Numbered from the stretch's first letter, positions 49,420 through 60,186 are shown. The stretch is 64,000 nucleotides of DNA from Candidatus Aegiribacteria sp. (GCA_023138735.1 JAGLOY010000013.1:14139-78138), one strand, 5' to 3'. Translations and numbers: made by a program. Notes: generated by a model not told the origin, from the sequence alone.

Positions 49420-50175
49420 TTATCGGATAGGGTGGTTGCCTAGTCTGAAAAGTATTTCTGACTCGGCGCCATCCTGTACGAAGTAATCAAGATAGAGGTT
49501 CTTTTCTTCAGCAAGATGGATGCACGCAAGGAGGCCCATTCCGCCTCCTCCCGTAAATGACGGCATATGATAGATGCCTTCTTTATCTTCAAAAGGTTTT
49601 CTCTCTTCCCGGATCCGTCTGGAAGTTTCATCGGTGGACTCAAAACGGCAACGTATCGCTTCTATATCCCCCTTCAATGGTGGAAACGCCGAAACAACAG
49701 AAATACAGAAACTTTTCCGCTGCACATCAATCCTTACGCTTATCTGCACCCAGTTGCTTGCGGGAGTTAATCCAAGGAAAATAATTCGATCTTTCACTTG
49801 CCTGGACAGCCACTCAGGAATGCTGATGCGAAGAAATTGTTCAATACGGATGACAGATTCCTGCGAGGATCTGAAAGAATTTCTCATGCTTAAATCCGGC
49901 CACAGAGCACTTGTTCCAATTGCCGAAAGCATCTCATCCCTGGTGAGTCCGGTTTCTCTGCCAAGCATATAGCCGATAGGAGTGGTGACGGCGTTGGCAG
50001 TAAGCTCCATCAGTATCCATTTTACGTTATCTTGATCACTTATTACCAGATGGCAGCTGAGAAATTCCATTACGGGATCCAGTTCACCCAGTATAGCCAT
50101 AGCGAAGGCTTCGGGGTTCGTGCTGTGGTTGAAAACAGTCTTGAGATCCGGACAGAAATCCTGTGTTAAATACAT
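49420..50175 (-). CDS. Hypothetical protein with GHKL/RsbW-like ATPase boxes
   Basis: ILMELTANA (N-box-like) and GGGGMGL (G2-box-like). Confidence 0.5.
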   Translation of the reverse strand: MYLTQDFCPDLKTVFNHSTNPEAFAMAILGELDPVMEFLSCHLVISDQDNVKWILMELTANAVTTPIGYMLGRETGLTRDEMLSAIGTSALWPDLSMRNSFRSSQESVIRIEQFLRISIPEWLSRQVKDRIIFLGLTPASNWVQISVRIDVQRKSFCISVVSAFPPLKGDIEAIRCRFESTDETSRRIREERKPFEDKEGIYHMPSFTGGGGMGLLACIHLAEEKNLYLDYFVQDGAESEILFRLGNHPIR

Positions 50176-50181
50176 ACCGAT

Positions 50182-50868
50182 CTACATTTTTCGGATTATT
50201 CCAACCGGTGTGCTTGCAGTTCCCTGACCGAGGGGATTATCGCTGAGAATCTCAACAAGCAGGTCTATGTCAAGCTCGGGAGGATATACTCCCAGAATGT
50301 TGCCACCGAGGTCATTTACATCAACAACTGCAGCCTTGCAATTAAAATGCTCCGCAATCGTTCGGGAGACTCCGTCGGGATCCTCAGGGGCAAGGCTTAC
50401 TGCTCTGTTGAAAGGTGGTATTGTCCCGCTGGTCGGTCCGTCAATTGATCTGGCCTTCGTCCCGGCTATACGATAGAAGTCTCCTTTCCTGCCGAATAGT
50501 TTTCCAAGCGCGCTGATGAAGGCTGCAATTAGTATCCTTGGTGTTCCACACTCAGTAAGTGCGCATTCCATCGTCTCGGGTATTCCGAGCCCGATACCAC
50601 CGGGTGTTTTTGTAACGAATCTGCTTAGCAGTACGGCAAGGCGGCGTGGCTTCAGAGAGCCGTCATCCAGCAGGTAATAGCGTCCCTGACTGGCGCCCAC
50701 AGCCTTTTCACTTACAAACAGAATATCATCAGGCAGGAGGTCTGCATCAGCTTCTTCGAGACCATCCTCAATGGCCATGAGCAGGTTATCTCCCTTAAGT
50801 ATAAGCCTGGTCTTAATGGAAATACGTTCCCACTCAACACCTCTTGCAAATATAATTTTCTGGTTCAT
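50182..50868 (-). CDS. F420-0:gamma-glutamyl ligase-like protein
   Basis: VSEKAV..SQGR, IDGP, VDVNDLGG, DNPLGQG...TP. Confidence 0.85.
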   Translation of the reverse strand: MNQKIIFARGVEWERISIKTRLILKGDNLLMAIEDGLEEADADLLPDDILFVSEKAVGASQGRYYLLDDGSLKPRRLAVLLSRFVTKTPGGIGLGIPETMECALTECGTPRILIAAFISALGKLFGRKGDFYRIAGTKARSIDGPTSGTIPPFNRAVSLAPEDPDGVSRTIAEHFNCKAAVVDVNDLGGNILGVYPPELDIDLLVEILSDNPLGQGTASTPVGIIRKM

Positions 50869-50935
50869 AATTTACCGTACCCTTCTGGCGAAGTATGCAG
50901 GAGGAGAGAGTATTGAACAAGAGGAGGAATAGGGT

Positions 50936-51664
50936 ATGAATCTTGCAGGAGCCCTGACACAGGAAGTTGGAGAATATCTCAAGAACAGGAATACTGTAAT
51001 GGTTCCGGTAGGATCGCTTGAACAGCATGGTGATGCCGCCCCCCTGGCGTGTGATACGATCATTCCAGTAAGGCTCTGTGCTGCTGCCGGAATGAAAACC
51101 GGTACCGCAGTTACGCCGGCTGTTACATTCGGAATGTCCGAAAATCATATGGGGTTCCCAGGAACGGTCACTCTCCAGTCAAGCACCCTTTCTGCTGTTG
51201 CAAGGGATATTTCAGTATCCCTCTATACTCATGGTTTCAGGAAGATAATTTTTCTCAGTGGTCATGGTGGAAACAGAAGCCCCATTACAGATGGTTTGAA
51301 CAAGGCTTCTGAAGACTGTCCAGAAGCGGATCTCAGATACCTTCTATACGGGGAACTGCCAGGTGTGACTGCGAAGCAGAAGAGACTATTCTGTCCTGAT
51401 CCCGGATATCATGTAACCGTTACTGAAGTTTCCATGGTATGGCATCTGATGGGCAGGGAAATGCCTGAGTTCGAGAGAGTCAAGTTTCCCGCTGAACCTC
51501 CTATAGGAGCGGTCATATCCAGAGAAAAATGGAAGGAACTATATCCTGATGGCGGAGCAGGTTCCAATCTGGAATTTGTATCTGAGGAAAAGGGAAAAGA
51601 GTTCTTTGATTTTCTTGTAAACAGTCTGTGTCTCTATATTGAAGCGCTGAAAAAAAACGGATAG
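50936..51664 (+). CDS. Creatininase family amidohydrolase
   Basis: PVGSLEQHG, D, GMSENHMGFPGT, GHGGN, H...E.S. Confidence 0.9.
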   Translation: MNLAGALTQEVGEYLKNRNTVMVPVGSLEQHGDAAPLACDTIIPVRLCAAAGMKTGTAVTPAVTFGMSENHMGFPGTVTLQSSTLSAVARDISVSLYTHGFRKIIFLSGHGGNRSPITDGLNKASEDCPEADLRYLLYGELPGVTAKQKRLFCPDPGYHVTVTEVSMVWHLMGREMPEFERVKFPAEPPIGAVISREKWKELYPDGGAGSNLEFVSEEKGKEFFDFLVNSLCLYIEALKKNG

Positions 51665-51689
51665 TCGATCCTACCCCGGTTGGAGAATT

Positions 51690-52019
51690 ATGATGAGCGA
51701 AGTTCCCGTGGTTCAGATCACAACAACGGTTAATTCAGAGGAAGAAGCCTGTAGAATAGCCGAAGCAGTCGTTAATAAAAAGCTTGCTGCTTGTGCCCAG
51801 GTTACCGGTCCCATAATAAGTTACTACACCTGGAAAGGTGAGCAATGCAGGGAGAAGGAGTGGCACGTTTCGATGAAAACGGTGAAAAGCCTTGAATTGC
51901 GTCTTATGGATTTCATCACCGAACTCCATACCTACGAAACCCCCGAATTAATATCCGTTCTGGTGGAGTCAGTATCGGAAGCTTACTTTGAGTGGATGCT
52001 TCAGGTTCTTGAAGAGTGA
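51690..52019 (+). CDS. cutA: Divalent-cation tolerance protein CutA
   Basis: LAACAQ, SYYTWKG, HTYETPE, YFEW. Confidence 0.92.
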   Translation: MMSEVPVVQITTTVNSEEEACRIAEAVVNKKLAACAQVTGPIISYYTWKGEQCREKEWHVSMKTVKSLELRLMDFITELHTYETPELISVLVESVSEAYFEWMLQVLEE

Positions 52020-52044
52020 TTCAGTCAAATCAGAATATTGGCAA

Positions 52045-52082
52045 ATAACATATGTTATCATATATATGTCATATGACATATG
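52045..52082. promoter_or_regulatory. Palindromic operator cluster upstream of a wHTH regulator
   Basis: ATAACATATGTTAT (52045-58) and ATATGTCATATGACATAT (52064-81); shared CATATG core. Confidence 0.55.
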
Positions 52083-52094
52083 ATAGAGGTCGTT

Positions 52095-52463
52095 ATGCTT
52101 GAATCCCTCCTTGGCTCCCTTGTGCGTGAGCAGGTTCTCCTCTTTATTCATGCCAATGGAGAAGGATATGCAAGGGAAATCTCCAGATATTACGATGCAT
52201 CGCTCGATTCAGTTCAGAAACAGCTGAAAAGGCTGGAAAAAGGTTCTGTACTTAAATGCGAAAAAAAAGGCAGGACTATGGTATACAGGTTCAATAAGGA
52301 TTATCCTTTCTTGAATGAACTTGACAGAATACTCGACAGAGTCAGCTGTTACACTCCCTCGGAATTGAAGGATAGTACTGCTCAAAGAGGGTGCTATCCA
52401 AGAAAACCAAGGGAGACGGGGGGAGCTCGAGTTACCGTAAAGAGATATGGAGAAGTAAGATAG
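52095..52463 (+). CDS. Winged-helix (ArsR-like) regulator
   Basis: MLESLLGS..RE.VL, EGYAREI, VQKQLKRLE, GRT..Y.FN..YPF..EL; GAGG RBS. Confidence 0.8.
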   Translation: MLESLLGSLVREQVLLFIHANGEGYAREISRYYDASLDSVQKQLKRLEKGSVLKCEKKGRTMVYRFNKDYPFLNELDRILDRVSCYTPSELKDSTAQRGCYPRKPRETGGARVTVKRYGEVR

Positions 52464-52529
52464 GACAGAACAACTTACCATCCGTAAAAAAGTTCGTATA
52501 TTAGAAGAGATCAATCAAGGGGAGTTCAC

Positions 52530-55040
52530 ATGAAGAGAGTCGTTCTGTGCCTAATGATAATTGCATCTGTAGTTGTTATAGGATTCTCTTCAGTCTATAT
52601 GGTCAGAGAATTTTCAAAAGTAATAAATCTTTCCAGCATGGGAGATATGTGGAGCTTCCTCTGGCTTAATGATTATTCTCCATATGCGGAATTCGCTGAA
52701 GTTGACGAGAACGATTTCAGGGAACCGCCCATACCTGTGGAGGGTGATGTCCTTGTAGAAATTGATGGTCTTCCGTCCACCCAGACCAACTATTTCAGTG
52801 TATTCAATGTTGATACGCCTGCCGGTGAAGAGATAGATATCAAATTCATTCATGATTTCGAAACATTCGAAACAACTGTTGTCACCCGTTCAATCCCGCT
52901 GATTATGCAGATTCAGGTCTGGGTTCTCGTAATACTGCGAGCTCTTATTATTATAGGTCTTATACTTGTGGGGCTATGGGGTCTTGTTAAAAGACCGTAC
53001 TCATCCCCCGTAAGATCACTCACTCTGTTCTGTTTCACACTTGCTCTGGGCATGAACATCACTGCCCCTGCTATAGCGGATGTATATGCTGCTTTCAGCC
53101 TGCCGGTCTTTGTCTACTATCTATTTGGTGCTATAGCAATTTTCTGGTCTGCATTCTGGCTCAAACTGCAGATGCTTTTTCCTGTTCGACAGAAATGGTA
53201 CACGAAGCACAGACTGTTTATCAATATCCTTCTGTTCATCCCCGGGACCATCTTCGGTATTGCTGCAGTTGTCTGGCACAAGAGCATGGATCTGGAAGTT
53301 GCAATACTCTCTACTCTCTTCATCAGTCTCGGGTACATGTTCCTGCTTAGAAACTATCGCAGGACTGATAATTTTATAGAAAAAAGACAGACGAGGCTTG
53401 TGCTGCTTGGATCGGCTCCCGGACTTATCTTCAGCCTCTTATTCAGCTGGTTCACCCAGATCGCTCCTAAGGTGTATGCAAGCATGACGTTTATCACAAA
53501 AATGATGATAACCAACTTCATGTTCCTGATGCTGCTTGCGATACCCGTATCTCTTGCCTATGCCTTTGGACGCTACAAACTACTTTCTGTTGAGGCGAAG
53601 CTTAAGCGGGGTACAAGATTCGTTGCAGTAAACCTCTTTGTGCTTCTGCTGTTTCTAGGTTTTCTGTATGTTTTCGGTGAGCTGATACTGAAGCAGTTTG
53701 TAATCAACAGTCGTACCCCAACGTTCATACTCGGTCTGCTTCTGGCATTTATTTTTATGCCGACACAGAGATTAATCCGAAAAAGACTTGAGAAATACTT
53801 CTACCCTGAGAGGGTCAGATTAAGGGAGCTTCTGAAGAATTTTCTGGCATCGAATATCGTTCGCACTGAAAGTAAAATCTTCTGGAAGGAACTTGAGGAC
53901 AAACTGGCTGATGGATTGTCCGCTAAAAGAATATATCCTGTGCTCAGGATGGCAGATAAGGACAGTTTCGCTGTGGAGCATGAGGAACCAGCCCCCTTTG
54001 ATATAAGGGATGAAATAGTGAAACGTCTGCAGATTAAGGGTGACCCCATTCTTTATGACGAACTGCTGGCAAGCGGCAGGATCACCCTCTCGAAGGAGCA
54101 GGAGGAATGGTTCCTTCAGAGGAAAAGCGCAATACTCCTCCCCCTGACGACAAATACCGGACTTGTAGGTTTTCTTGTTATAAGCAGCAAGACAAATGGA
54201 GAAGACTTCACGGCAGAAGAGCTGGAATTACTATCAACTCTCTCAGCTCAGACGGCGCTTGTTGTGGAGAATTTCGAGCTTCTGGACGAGAAACTGATCA
54301 AGCAGAAACTGGAAGAGCAGATCAAAGTGGCAAGGGACATTCAGAAAGGGTTGCTGCCCGGTGAAATTCCCACGAGACAGTGTCTTGAAGTTGAAGCTCT
54401 CATTAGATTCTGTCTGGAGGTTGCAGGTGATTATTACGATGTGATACCTATTGATGATCACCGCACAGTGCTTTCAATTGGTGATGTTGCCGGGAAGGGT
54501 ATTGGACCTGCCATGCTAATGGCCAACCTTCAGGCCTCCCTGAGAACTACTCAGGCTATGGGTGTTTCTCTGAAGGACTCAGCATTTCAGATAAACAGGA
54601 TTGTCTACGATAATACCTCACCTGAGCTATTCATATCGTTTTTCATGGTATTGATAGATGTGAAGGAAAGAAGCATAAAATACGTGAATGCCGGTCATAA
54701 CCCGCCCTTCATCGTCGGGCAGGATGGTCGCTTGACGATGCTTTCCGAAGGGGGTCTCCTCCTGGGCGTGAAGGCTGATGAGGAGTACGAAGAAGGAGAA
54801 GTTTCACTGAATCCCGGAGACATTCTTTTTATGTACACCGATGGTGTTTGCGAGGCGATGAACTGCTCCGAAGAGGAGTTCGGAGAGAATAGACTGGTGA
54901 AGCTTGTATCAACAAACAGAAGGCTTCCTCTCACTGATCTTGTTTATCTTGTTGAAAAAGAGGTTGAAGTGCATCACGGATCTAGCGATTACGAAGATGA
55001 TTTTACAATTCTGGTCGCACGATTAAAACCCGATGCATAA
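52530..55040 (+). CDS. Membrane SpoIIE/RsbU PP2C phosphatase (PDZ-like, TM, GAF-like, PP2C)
   Basis: VAGDYYD, IGDVAGKG, NAGHNP, YTDG..EA, DDFT. Confidence 0.92.
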   Translation: MKRVVLCLMIIASVVVIGFSSVYMVREFSKVINLSSMGDMWSFLWLNDYSPYAEFAEVDENDFREPPIPVEGDVLVEIDGLPSTQTNYFSVFNVDTPAGEEIDIKFIHDFETFETTVVTRSIPLIMQIQVWVLVILRALIIIGLILVGLWGLVKRPYSSPVRSLTLFCFTLALGMNITAPAIADVYAAFSLPVFVYYLFGAIAIFWSAFWLKLQMLFPVRQKWYTKHRLFINILLFIPGTIFGIAAVVWHKSMDLEVAILSTLFISLGYMFLLRNYRRTDNFIEKRQTRLVLLGSAPGLIFSLLFSWFTQIAPKVYASMTFITKMMITNFMFLMLLAIPVSLAYAFGRYKLLSVEAKLKRGTRFVAVNLFVLLLFLGFLYVFGELILKQFVINSRTPTFILGLLLAFIFMPTQRLIRKRLEKYFYPERVRLRELLKNFLASNIVRTESKIFWKELEDKLADGLSAKRIYPVLRMADKDSFAVEHEEPAPFDIRDEIVKRLQIKGDPILYDELLASGRITLSKEQEEWFLQRKSAILLPLTTNTGLVGFLVISSKTNGEDFTAEELELLSTLSAQTALVVENFELLDEKLIKQKLEEQIKVARDIQKGLLPGEIPTRQCLEVEALIRFCLEVAGDYYDVIPIDDHRTVLSIGDVAGKGIGPAMLMANLQASLRTTQAMGVSLKDSAFQINRIVYDNTSPELFISFFMVLIDVKERSIKYVNAGHNPPFIVGQDGRLTMLSEGGLLLGVKADEEYEEGEVSLNPGDILFMYTDGVCEAMNCSEEEFGENRLVKLVSTNRRLPLTDLVYLVEKEVEVHHGSSDYEDDFTILVARLKPDA

Positions 55041-55087
55041 TTGGTGATTGCTTCTCAGATACAGTATTCTATTAAGGGGAGATTCCA

Positions 55088-55705
55088 ATGATCTGGTCCA
55101 TGATTGAAATGACTATTAAGTGTCCCGAATGTGATGCACCCGTTCATGTCGATGGCCCATACAGGAAGGTATTCTGCAGAACATGCCAGTCTGATATAGA
55201 ATTTCCCGAGGAGGTCTGGGGAGATCTTGTTGGGGATATAAAGGAGGATATCGCTGGATTCGAACCCGGTGAGGGTTCCAATAGTAACATCTTCGGTCAT
55301 TTCAACATGACCATGGCCTACGGGAATCTTGCCCCCTATTGCAGCAAGTGCAAGCGGACTTTCAACATTCAAGAGGATTACAACGGTACCGATAAGCTAA
55401 CCTGTCCTGACTGCGGTACGAAGAAGCCTGCATTTGATGCACCGCAATGGCTTAAAAATGCTATCAAGGGAGCGGCTCTTATTGCTGGTGCGTGGCCGGA
55501 ATTGAATGATGACAAGGAGCACAAGACAGTTTCAGAGCCCGTTGCTTTCAGCTGCCCCCAGTGTGCCGGATCACTGATGATAGACGGGAATGAACGTTTG
55601 ATTCAGTGTGAATATTGCGAGACCAGGGTTTATCTGCCTGATGATCTGTGGCTGAAGCTGCACCCTGCTAAGAAGAAGGGTAGATGGTTCATCGGCTTCG
55701 AGTAA
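55088..55705 (+). CDS. Triple zinc-ribbon protein
   Basis: Six CxxC motifs; YLPDDLWLKLHP. Confidence 0.75.
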   Translation: MIWSMIEMTIKCPECDAPVHVDGPYRKVFCRTCQSDIEFPEEVWGDLVGDIKEDIAGFEPGEGSNSNIFGHFNMTMAYGNLAPYCSKCKRTFNIQEDYNGTDKLTCPDCGTKKPAFDAPQWLKNAIKGAALIAGAWPELNDDKEHKTVSEPVAFSCPQCAGSLMIDGNERLIQCEYCETRVYLPDDLWLKLHPAKKKGRWFIGFE

Positions 55706-55713
55706 CGGAGCTG

Positions 55714-56853
55714 TCAGTACATCTCGTACAGAACAAGCCTGCCATCCAGTTTGCCGTTATGTAGAGGGATCTTGATCGAGGATCTCAGTCCCATACTTTT
55801 AATCAATTCTCTTTTTCCGAAGTAGATCCATGCCCCCGAACCGGAGCAGCGCTGCTTGAGGAAATCACCGAATTCTTTCATGAACACTTCCATATTTTCG
55901 TTCTTTCTCAGCCGTAATCCGTAAGGAGGATTTGAAACTATAGTCATGTTATTCAATTCATCGATGTTTGAATATGGTTTGGTTTTAAGGGTAATTCTGT
56001 CTCCTGAAGGCAGCAGGCTGCAGTTTCCGGATGCAGCTCTAACAGCTTCCCTTGAGATATCAGAACCTGCGATTAATCCTTCGGGGAGCTCTCTGATTCC
56101 GGAATTGATGGATTTTTTCAGATTCATCCATTGTTCTCTGTCAAATTCAGGAAGATTTTCAAATCCGAATCTTTTACGGAGATAACCGGACGGTATTCGG
56201 CAGTACTTCATCAGTGCTTCGCAGAGGATGGTGCCGGATCCGCAGAAAGGATCGTAGAGGGGTGCTTCTCCGTCCCATCCGGAGAACTCAACGATGGCTG
56301 CAGCAAGTGTTTCCTGCATCGGAGCTTCTACAGATTGCTTCCGGTAACCACGCCGATGCATAGATCCTCCTGAAGTATCGAGCCTGATATAGGCCCGGTT
56401 CTTCTGTATCCGGAGGCCGATCCACAGGTCGGGAGCGATAGTATCAACATTCGGCCTTCTGCCATAGCTGTCCATGAACCAGTCGGCAATGGCATCCTTA
56501 AGTTTTAGAGCAGCGTACTGCGAGTGACTGATATTCGAACCGTGCACAGAGGAGAAAATTGCGAAAGTGCTGTCAGGTGTAAGGAATTGAGACCAGTCAA
56601 TAGATTTTGCTGTACTGTAGAGATATCTGTCGCTGTGGCAATCAAAGGTAATAACGGGAGCTAGAATCCTTGAAAAGAATCTGGACTGGTAGTTGATTCT
56701 ATACAGGGCCTCGAAATCGCATTGAAAAAATATTCCGCGGTATGCCATTTTAAGTTCGGAGGCTCCTAGACTGAGAAGCTCCTGTTCACCGATAGACTTG
56801 AGGTCTTCTGCTATCATACCGAAGAATCGACCGGTTTTCTGATATTCGACCAC
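55714..56853 (-). CDS. THUMP-domain RNA methyltransferase, RlmL-like
   Basis: SMHRRGYR, APMQETLAAA, DPFCGSGT, NPPYG. Confidence 0.92.
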   Translation of the reverse strand: MVEYQKTGRFFGMIAEDLKSIGEQELLSLGASELKMAYRGIFFQCDFEALYRINYQSRFFSRILAPVITFDCHSDRYLYSTAKSIDWSQFLTPDSTFAIFSSVHGSNISHSQYAALKLKDAIADWFMDSYGRRPNVDTIAPDLWIGLRIQKNRAYIRLDTSGGSMHRRGYRKQSVEAPMQETLAAAIVEFSGWDGEAPLYDPFCGSGTILCEALMKYCRIPSGYLRKRFGFENLPEFDREQWMNLKKSINSGIRELPEGLIAGSDISREAVRAASGNCSLLPSGDRITLKTKPYSNIDELNNMTIVSNPPYGLRLRKNENMEVFMKEFGDFLKQRCSGSGAWIYFGKRELIKSMGLRSSIKIPLHNGKLDGRLVLYEMY

Positions 56854-57031
56854 TCAAACCTCCATTGATTGGCCAGACTTTTTCAACTTATACGACGAAA
56901 TATACAACATATTTTCAAGTGACTGGAGATAGATAATAATTTACTCTACTATTGATAATCAACGGTTTTAAGCATATCTTACATAGACGAGAATATTCGT
57001 TGCTCACTGTGCATTATCTGGGGGGATAATA

Positions 57032-59623
57032 ATGATACACTTTCTGTTATTTTTGCTTGCCGTGTCACAGCCAGCGTCAACAACAGGCTCATCACCTGAA
57101 GGATACATCAGCGACGATAGCAGTGATGTTTCAATTGAAAACGAGTTATGCCTTTTCAACTCTGATACACTCATGTCCTTGCCGGTTTCAGATATAATTG
57201 ATCTGGTGAAAAGAGAACCAGGCATATTGAATAGCGGATTAAGATGCGGCAGTATCAAATTCTTTTCGGGCGGAACACGGAGTATATACTACAGCAAATT
57301 ATCAACACTGAATGCTGGCATTGAAAGCAATCTCCACATGCGCGGAGGCCGCAGTGATGAGGTAGCTTACCTTGTTGACGGTTTTATTCTGCGTAACCCG
57401 CTAACCGGCGGATTCATCAGCAGTATTCCGCTTTCATCCATACGTGAAGCCTCGGCAGTCAGAGGGAATTTCGACGTTCGATATGGAAACGCCCAGTCTG
57501 GAATTGTTGAGATCGAAACCTTTGAGGGCGGCAGCAGTTACCACGGCGGTATCAGCATCAGCGGGAACGACTGGCAGGCACTTGGCCTTGCGGATGACTG
57601 GACCTGGGGAGGAACCAGCCCAGATGATCCAACCGTATGGAAATGGAGTAATGTCTCTTCCTCTTCAGAAGCCAGGCTGGAATTCGGAGCGCGTATTGGC
57701 GGCCCTGAACCTATTACCAGCTATCTCCTGCCTGAGATAGGCATTCAAATTCCTGGTGAACTGAGGATCTTTGCCGATGGTGAATTCCTGCAGACAGGGG
57801 GGGGAGAAGACGGACGGTACGGGTACGGATTTGACGAATGGGAATCAACATATAAAGGCATTATCAAGCTGACTTACAACCCTTCAGCATCAACTGAAAT
57901 TGACCTTTCAACTTCATTCCTGAACAGGGCTTCCGGATGGTTCGGCGTTGGGGATTACTGGGCCTGGTGCAGATACGAAGTACCGTATATCGATATTGAT
58001 CCCCTGTCTCCCGCTTTCGGTGATACTCTCGCCTGGGGGCGGAACATCCTTTACGGCCTACCAACCAGGTTCTGGAATAACAGCAGTATCGGTTTGCGCA
58101 TAAGCCATGAAGTAAGTGAAGAGACTTCAATTCAGCTGGGCATTGGCCAGTACAGAACATCCTTCGACTTCAAAATACGGAACGATCCTGCATCCCTCGA
58201 TCCGATGCGCCAGACGGAATGGCTTGGTGAGGGCTGGAGCCTGAATGACTGGCAGCAATACGAGACAGACCTTTACACTGATGCTGACGGTTTCAGGCGA
58301 TCAGGTACAAGCCGTTTTCCCTGGAGTGAATCCAGCAGTACAACAACCACAGCGCAGGCTGACGTAACGACCAGAATCGGCAGAGAGCATGAGTTGAGTG
58401 CCGGAATAGATGGATCATATTACGATATCTTCAGCTTCGATGTAATTGGGGACTCCGGTAGCGTTAATCTGAACAGGTACAGTGCGTTTCCAAATTCCGG
58501 AGGTGTTTATCTGCAGGACAGGATTGAACTGGACGACGGATTTGTAATGAATGCCGGGGTAAGGCTTGACTATTTCGATGCGAACTACGATAGAGCCGAT
58601 GGACCTCTTGATATACCTCCCCCTCCATCTTTTCAACGCGATGTTCTGAACCTGATAGAAGCCCCGGTGAAATATTCCATTAATCCCCGTTTGTCTTTTC
58701 TGTGCCCTGTAACAGATAGAGATTTTCTTCATTTTACATATGGAGTACATTCACAGATTCCTGCTTTGCGGCAGATGTACAGGCAGGCTGATTACAGTTT
58801 TTCCGAAGATACACCTCTGGGGGGTAACCCGGACCTGGATTTCGAAAGAACCGTCCAGTACGAAATAGGCATTACACACAAGATATCTGATATGTGCATG
58901 ATCGATATGACAGGTTACGTGAAGAATTTTTCTAATATGATTGAAACGGATGTGTACAGCCTTTCTCCCATCGGAGATTATGCGCTTTATACCAATGGCG
59001 GTTACGGCGAATCGAAAGGTCTTGAGATCACTTTCAACGGAAATCCGGACGGTTTCTTCTCCTGGAACGTCAGCTACATCCTGTCGAGATCTACCGGAAC
59101 ATCGTCCCATGCGCTTCAGAATTATCTGTATAGCCTGTATTATGGATTTTCCAATGCGGACACCGATCAGTACCTGGATTGGGACCAGCGTCATACAGTT
59201 TATGCGGATCTGGACCTTTACGTGCCAAGGGGCAGAGGATTCAGGATCGCTGGTGTACCTGTTTTCCAGGGACTGGGAGTCCATCTTGCATGGGATTTCG
59301 GCAGCGGATTTCCCTATACGAATTCCAACCAGGGTACATACGAACCGCAGGTTAACACGGCTAGATATCCTGCGACCTGCACAGTTGCACTCAAGATAAA
59401 TAAAGCTATCTGGTTCTCGGATATGACTCTTAACGCATGGTGCGAAGTAACAAACCTCTTCAGCAAACAGAATATTAATAATATTGAGGATATCGACTGG
59501 TACACAGATTGGGGGCATGATGATTGTGGTGACCCCGACTATGATCCAAAGGGTCAACTCGATAATTACTATGCATACAGCCAGCCAAGGATGATAAGGT
59601 TCGGCCTGGGGCTTAACTGGTAG
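57032..59623 (+). CDS. TonB-dependent receptor
   Basis: HMRGGRSDEVAYLVDG, YLQDRIE, GNPDL..ERT.QYE.G, WDQRH, PRMIRFGL.L.W. Confidence 0.9.
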   Translation: MIHFLLFLLAVSQPASTTGSSPEGYISDDSSDVSIENELCLFNSDTLMSLPVSDIIDLVKREPGILNSGLRCGSIKFFSGGTRSIYYSKLSTLNAGIESNLHMRGGRSDEVAYLVDGFILRNPLTGGFISSIPLSSIREASAVRGNFDVRYGNAQSGIVEIETFEGGSSYHGGISISGNDWQALGLADDWTWGGTSPDDPTVWKWSNVSSSSEARLEFGARIGGPEPITSYLLPEIGIQIPGELRIFADGEFLQTGGGEDGRYGYGFDEWESTYKGIIKLTYNPSASTEIDLSTSFLNRASGWFGVGDYWAWCRYEVPYIDIDPLSPAFGDTLAWGRNILYGLPTRFWNNSSIGLRISHEVSEETSIQLGIGQYRTSFDFKIRNDPASLDPMRQTEWLGEGWSLNDWQQYETDLYTDADGFRRSGTSRFPWSESSSTTTTAQADVTTRIGREHELSAGIDGSYYDIFSFDVIGDSGSVNLNRYSAFPNSGGVYLQDRIELDDGFVMNAGVRLDYFDANYDRADGPLDIPPPPSFQRDVLNLIEAPVKYSINPRLSFLCPVTDRDFLHFTYGVHSQIPALRQMYRQADYSFSEDTPLGGNPDLDFERTVQYEIGITHKISDMCMIDMTGYVKNFSNMIETDVYSLSPIGDYALYTNGGYGESKGLEITFNGNPDGFFSWNVSYILSRSTGTSSHALQNYLYSLYYGFSNADTDQYLDWDQRHTVYADLDLYVPRGRGFRIAGVPVFQGLGVHLAWDFGSGFPYTNSNQGTYEPQVNTARYPATCTVALKINKAIWFSDMTLNAWCEVTNLFSKQNINNIEDIDWYTDWGHDDCGDPDYDPKGQLDNYYAYSQPRMIRFGLGLNW

Positions 59624-59691
59624 GGGAACGCATCTGAGGGCAGGATAGATTCCAGATTCCACTTGACCAGGTCTGAACAAACAGCTATTCC

Positions 59692-59713
59692 TTGTTGCAA
59701 ACGTTCGCAACAA
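59692..59713. promoter_or_regulatory. Palindromic operator upstream of the Fur-family gene
   Basis: TTGTTGCAAACGTTCGCAACAA, abutting the RBS. Confidence 0.65.
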
Positions 59714-59723
59714 AGGAGTCAGA

Positions 59724-60158
59724 ATGCCCCATTGTCATACTTACTTGAAAAGGCTTCGTGATCACGGCTACAGAATCACTCCGCAGAGGGAAATGATCAT
59801 ACAGATCATTGCCCATTGCGGTAGACATATGTCCGCTGAAGAAGTTATGGAGAAAGTAAGAGCAAAAACCAGTTCCATTAATATTGCAACCGTATACAGG
59901 ACACTGGATCTACTCGTCGAGAACGGATTGGCAAGCCGGTTTGATTTAGGCAACGGAAATACAGCATACGCCACCAGTGAGCACGGTCCCCATATTCACC
60001 TGGTATGCAAACATTGCGGTTCGGTAACTGAAATAACTGAAAGCGATATTTCCGCATCTCTTGATAGAATTGAAGATCTCTACGATTTCGATTGCCGTCC
60101 GTATCATTTTTCTGTACACGGCCTTTGCAGGGATTGCAGAGATACCAGGACCGATTGA
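59724..60158 (+). CDS. Fur-family metalloregulator
   Basis: RITPQR, ATVYRTL, HIHLVCKHCG, GLCRDC. Confidence 0.93.
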   Translation: MPHCHTYLKRLRDHGYRITPQREMIIQIIAHCGRHMSAEEVMEKVRAKTSSINIATVYRTLDLLVENGLASRFDLGNGNTAYATSEHGPHIHLVCKHCGSVTEITESDISASLDRIEDLYDFDCRPYHFSVHGLCRDCRDTRTD

Positions 60159-60186
60159 CATTTTCCATTTATCATTTCCCGTAGCA

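Noticed and set aside
58751-59713. 320-aa antisense ORF (also 37986-38789, 10685-11323 and 61958-62644)
   Set aside because: Shadows of well-supported genes on the opposite strand, with no motifs.
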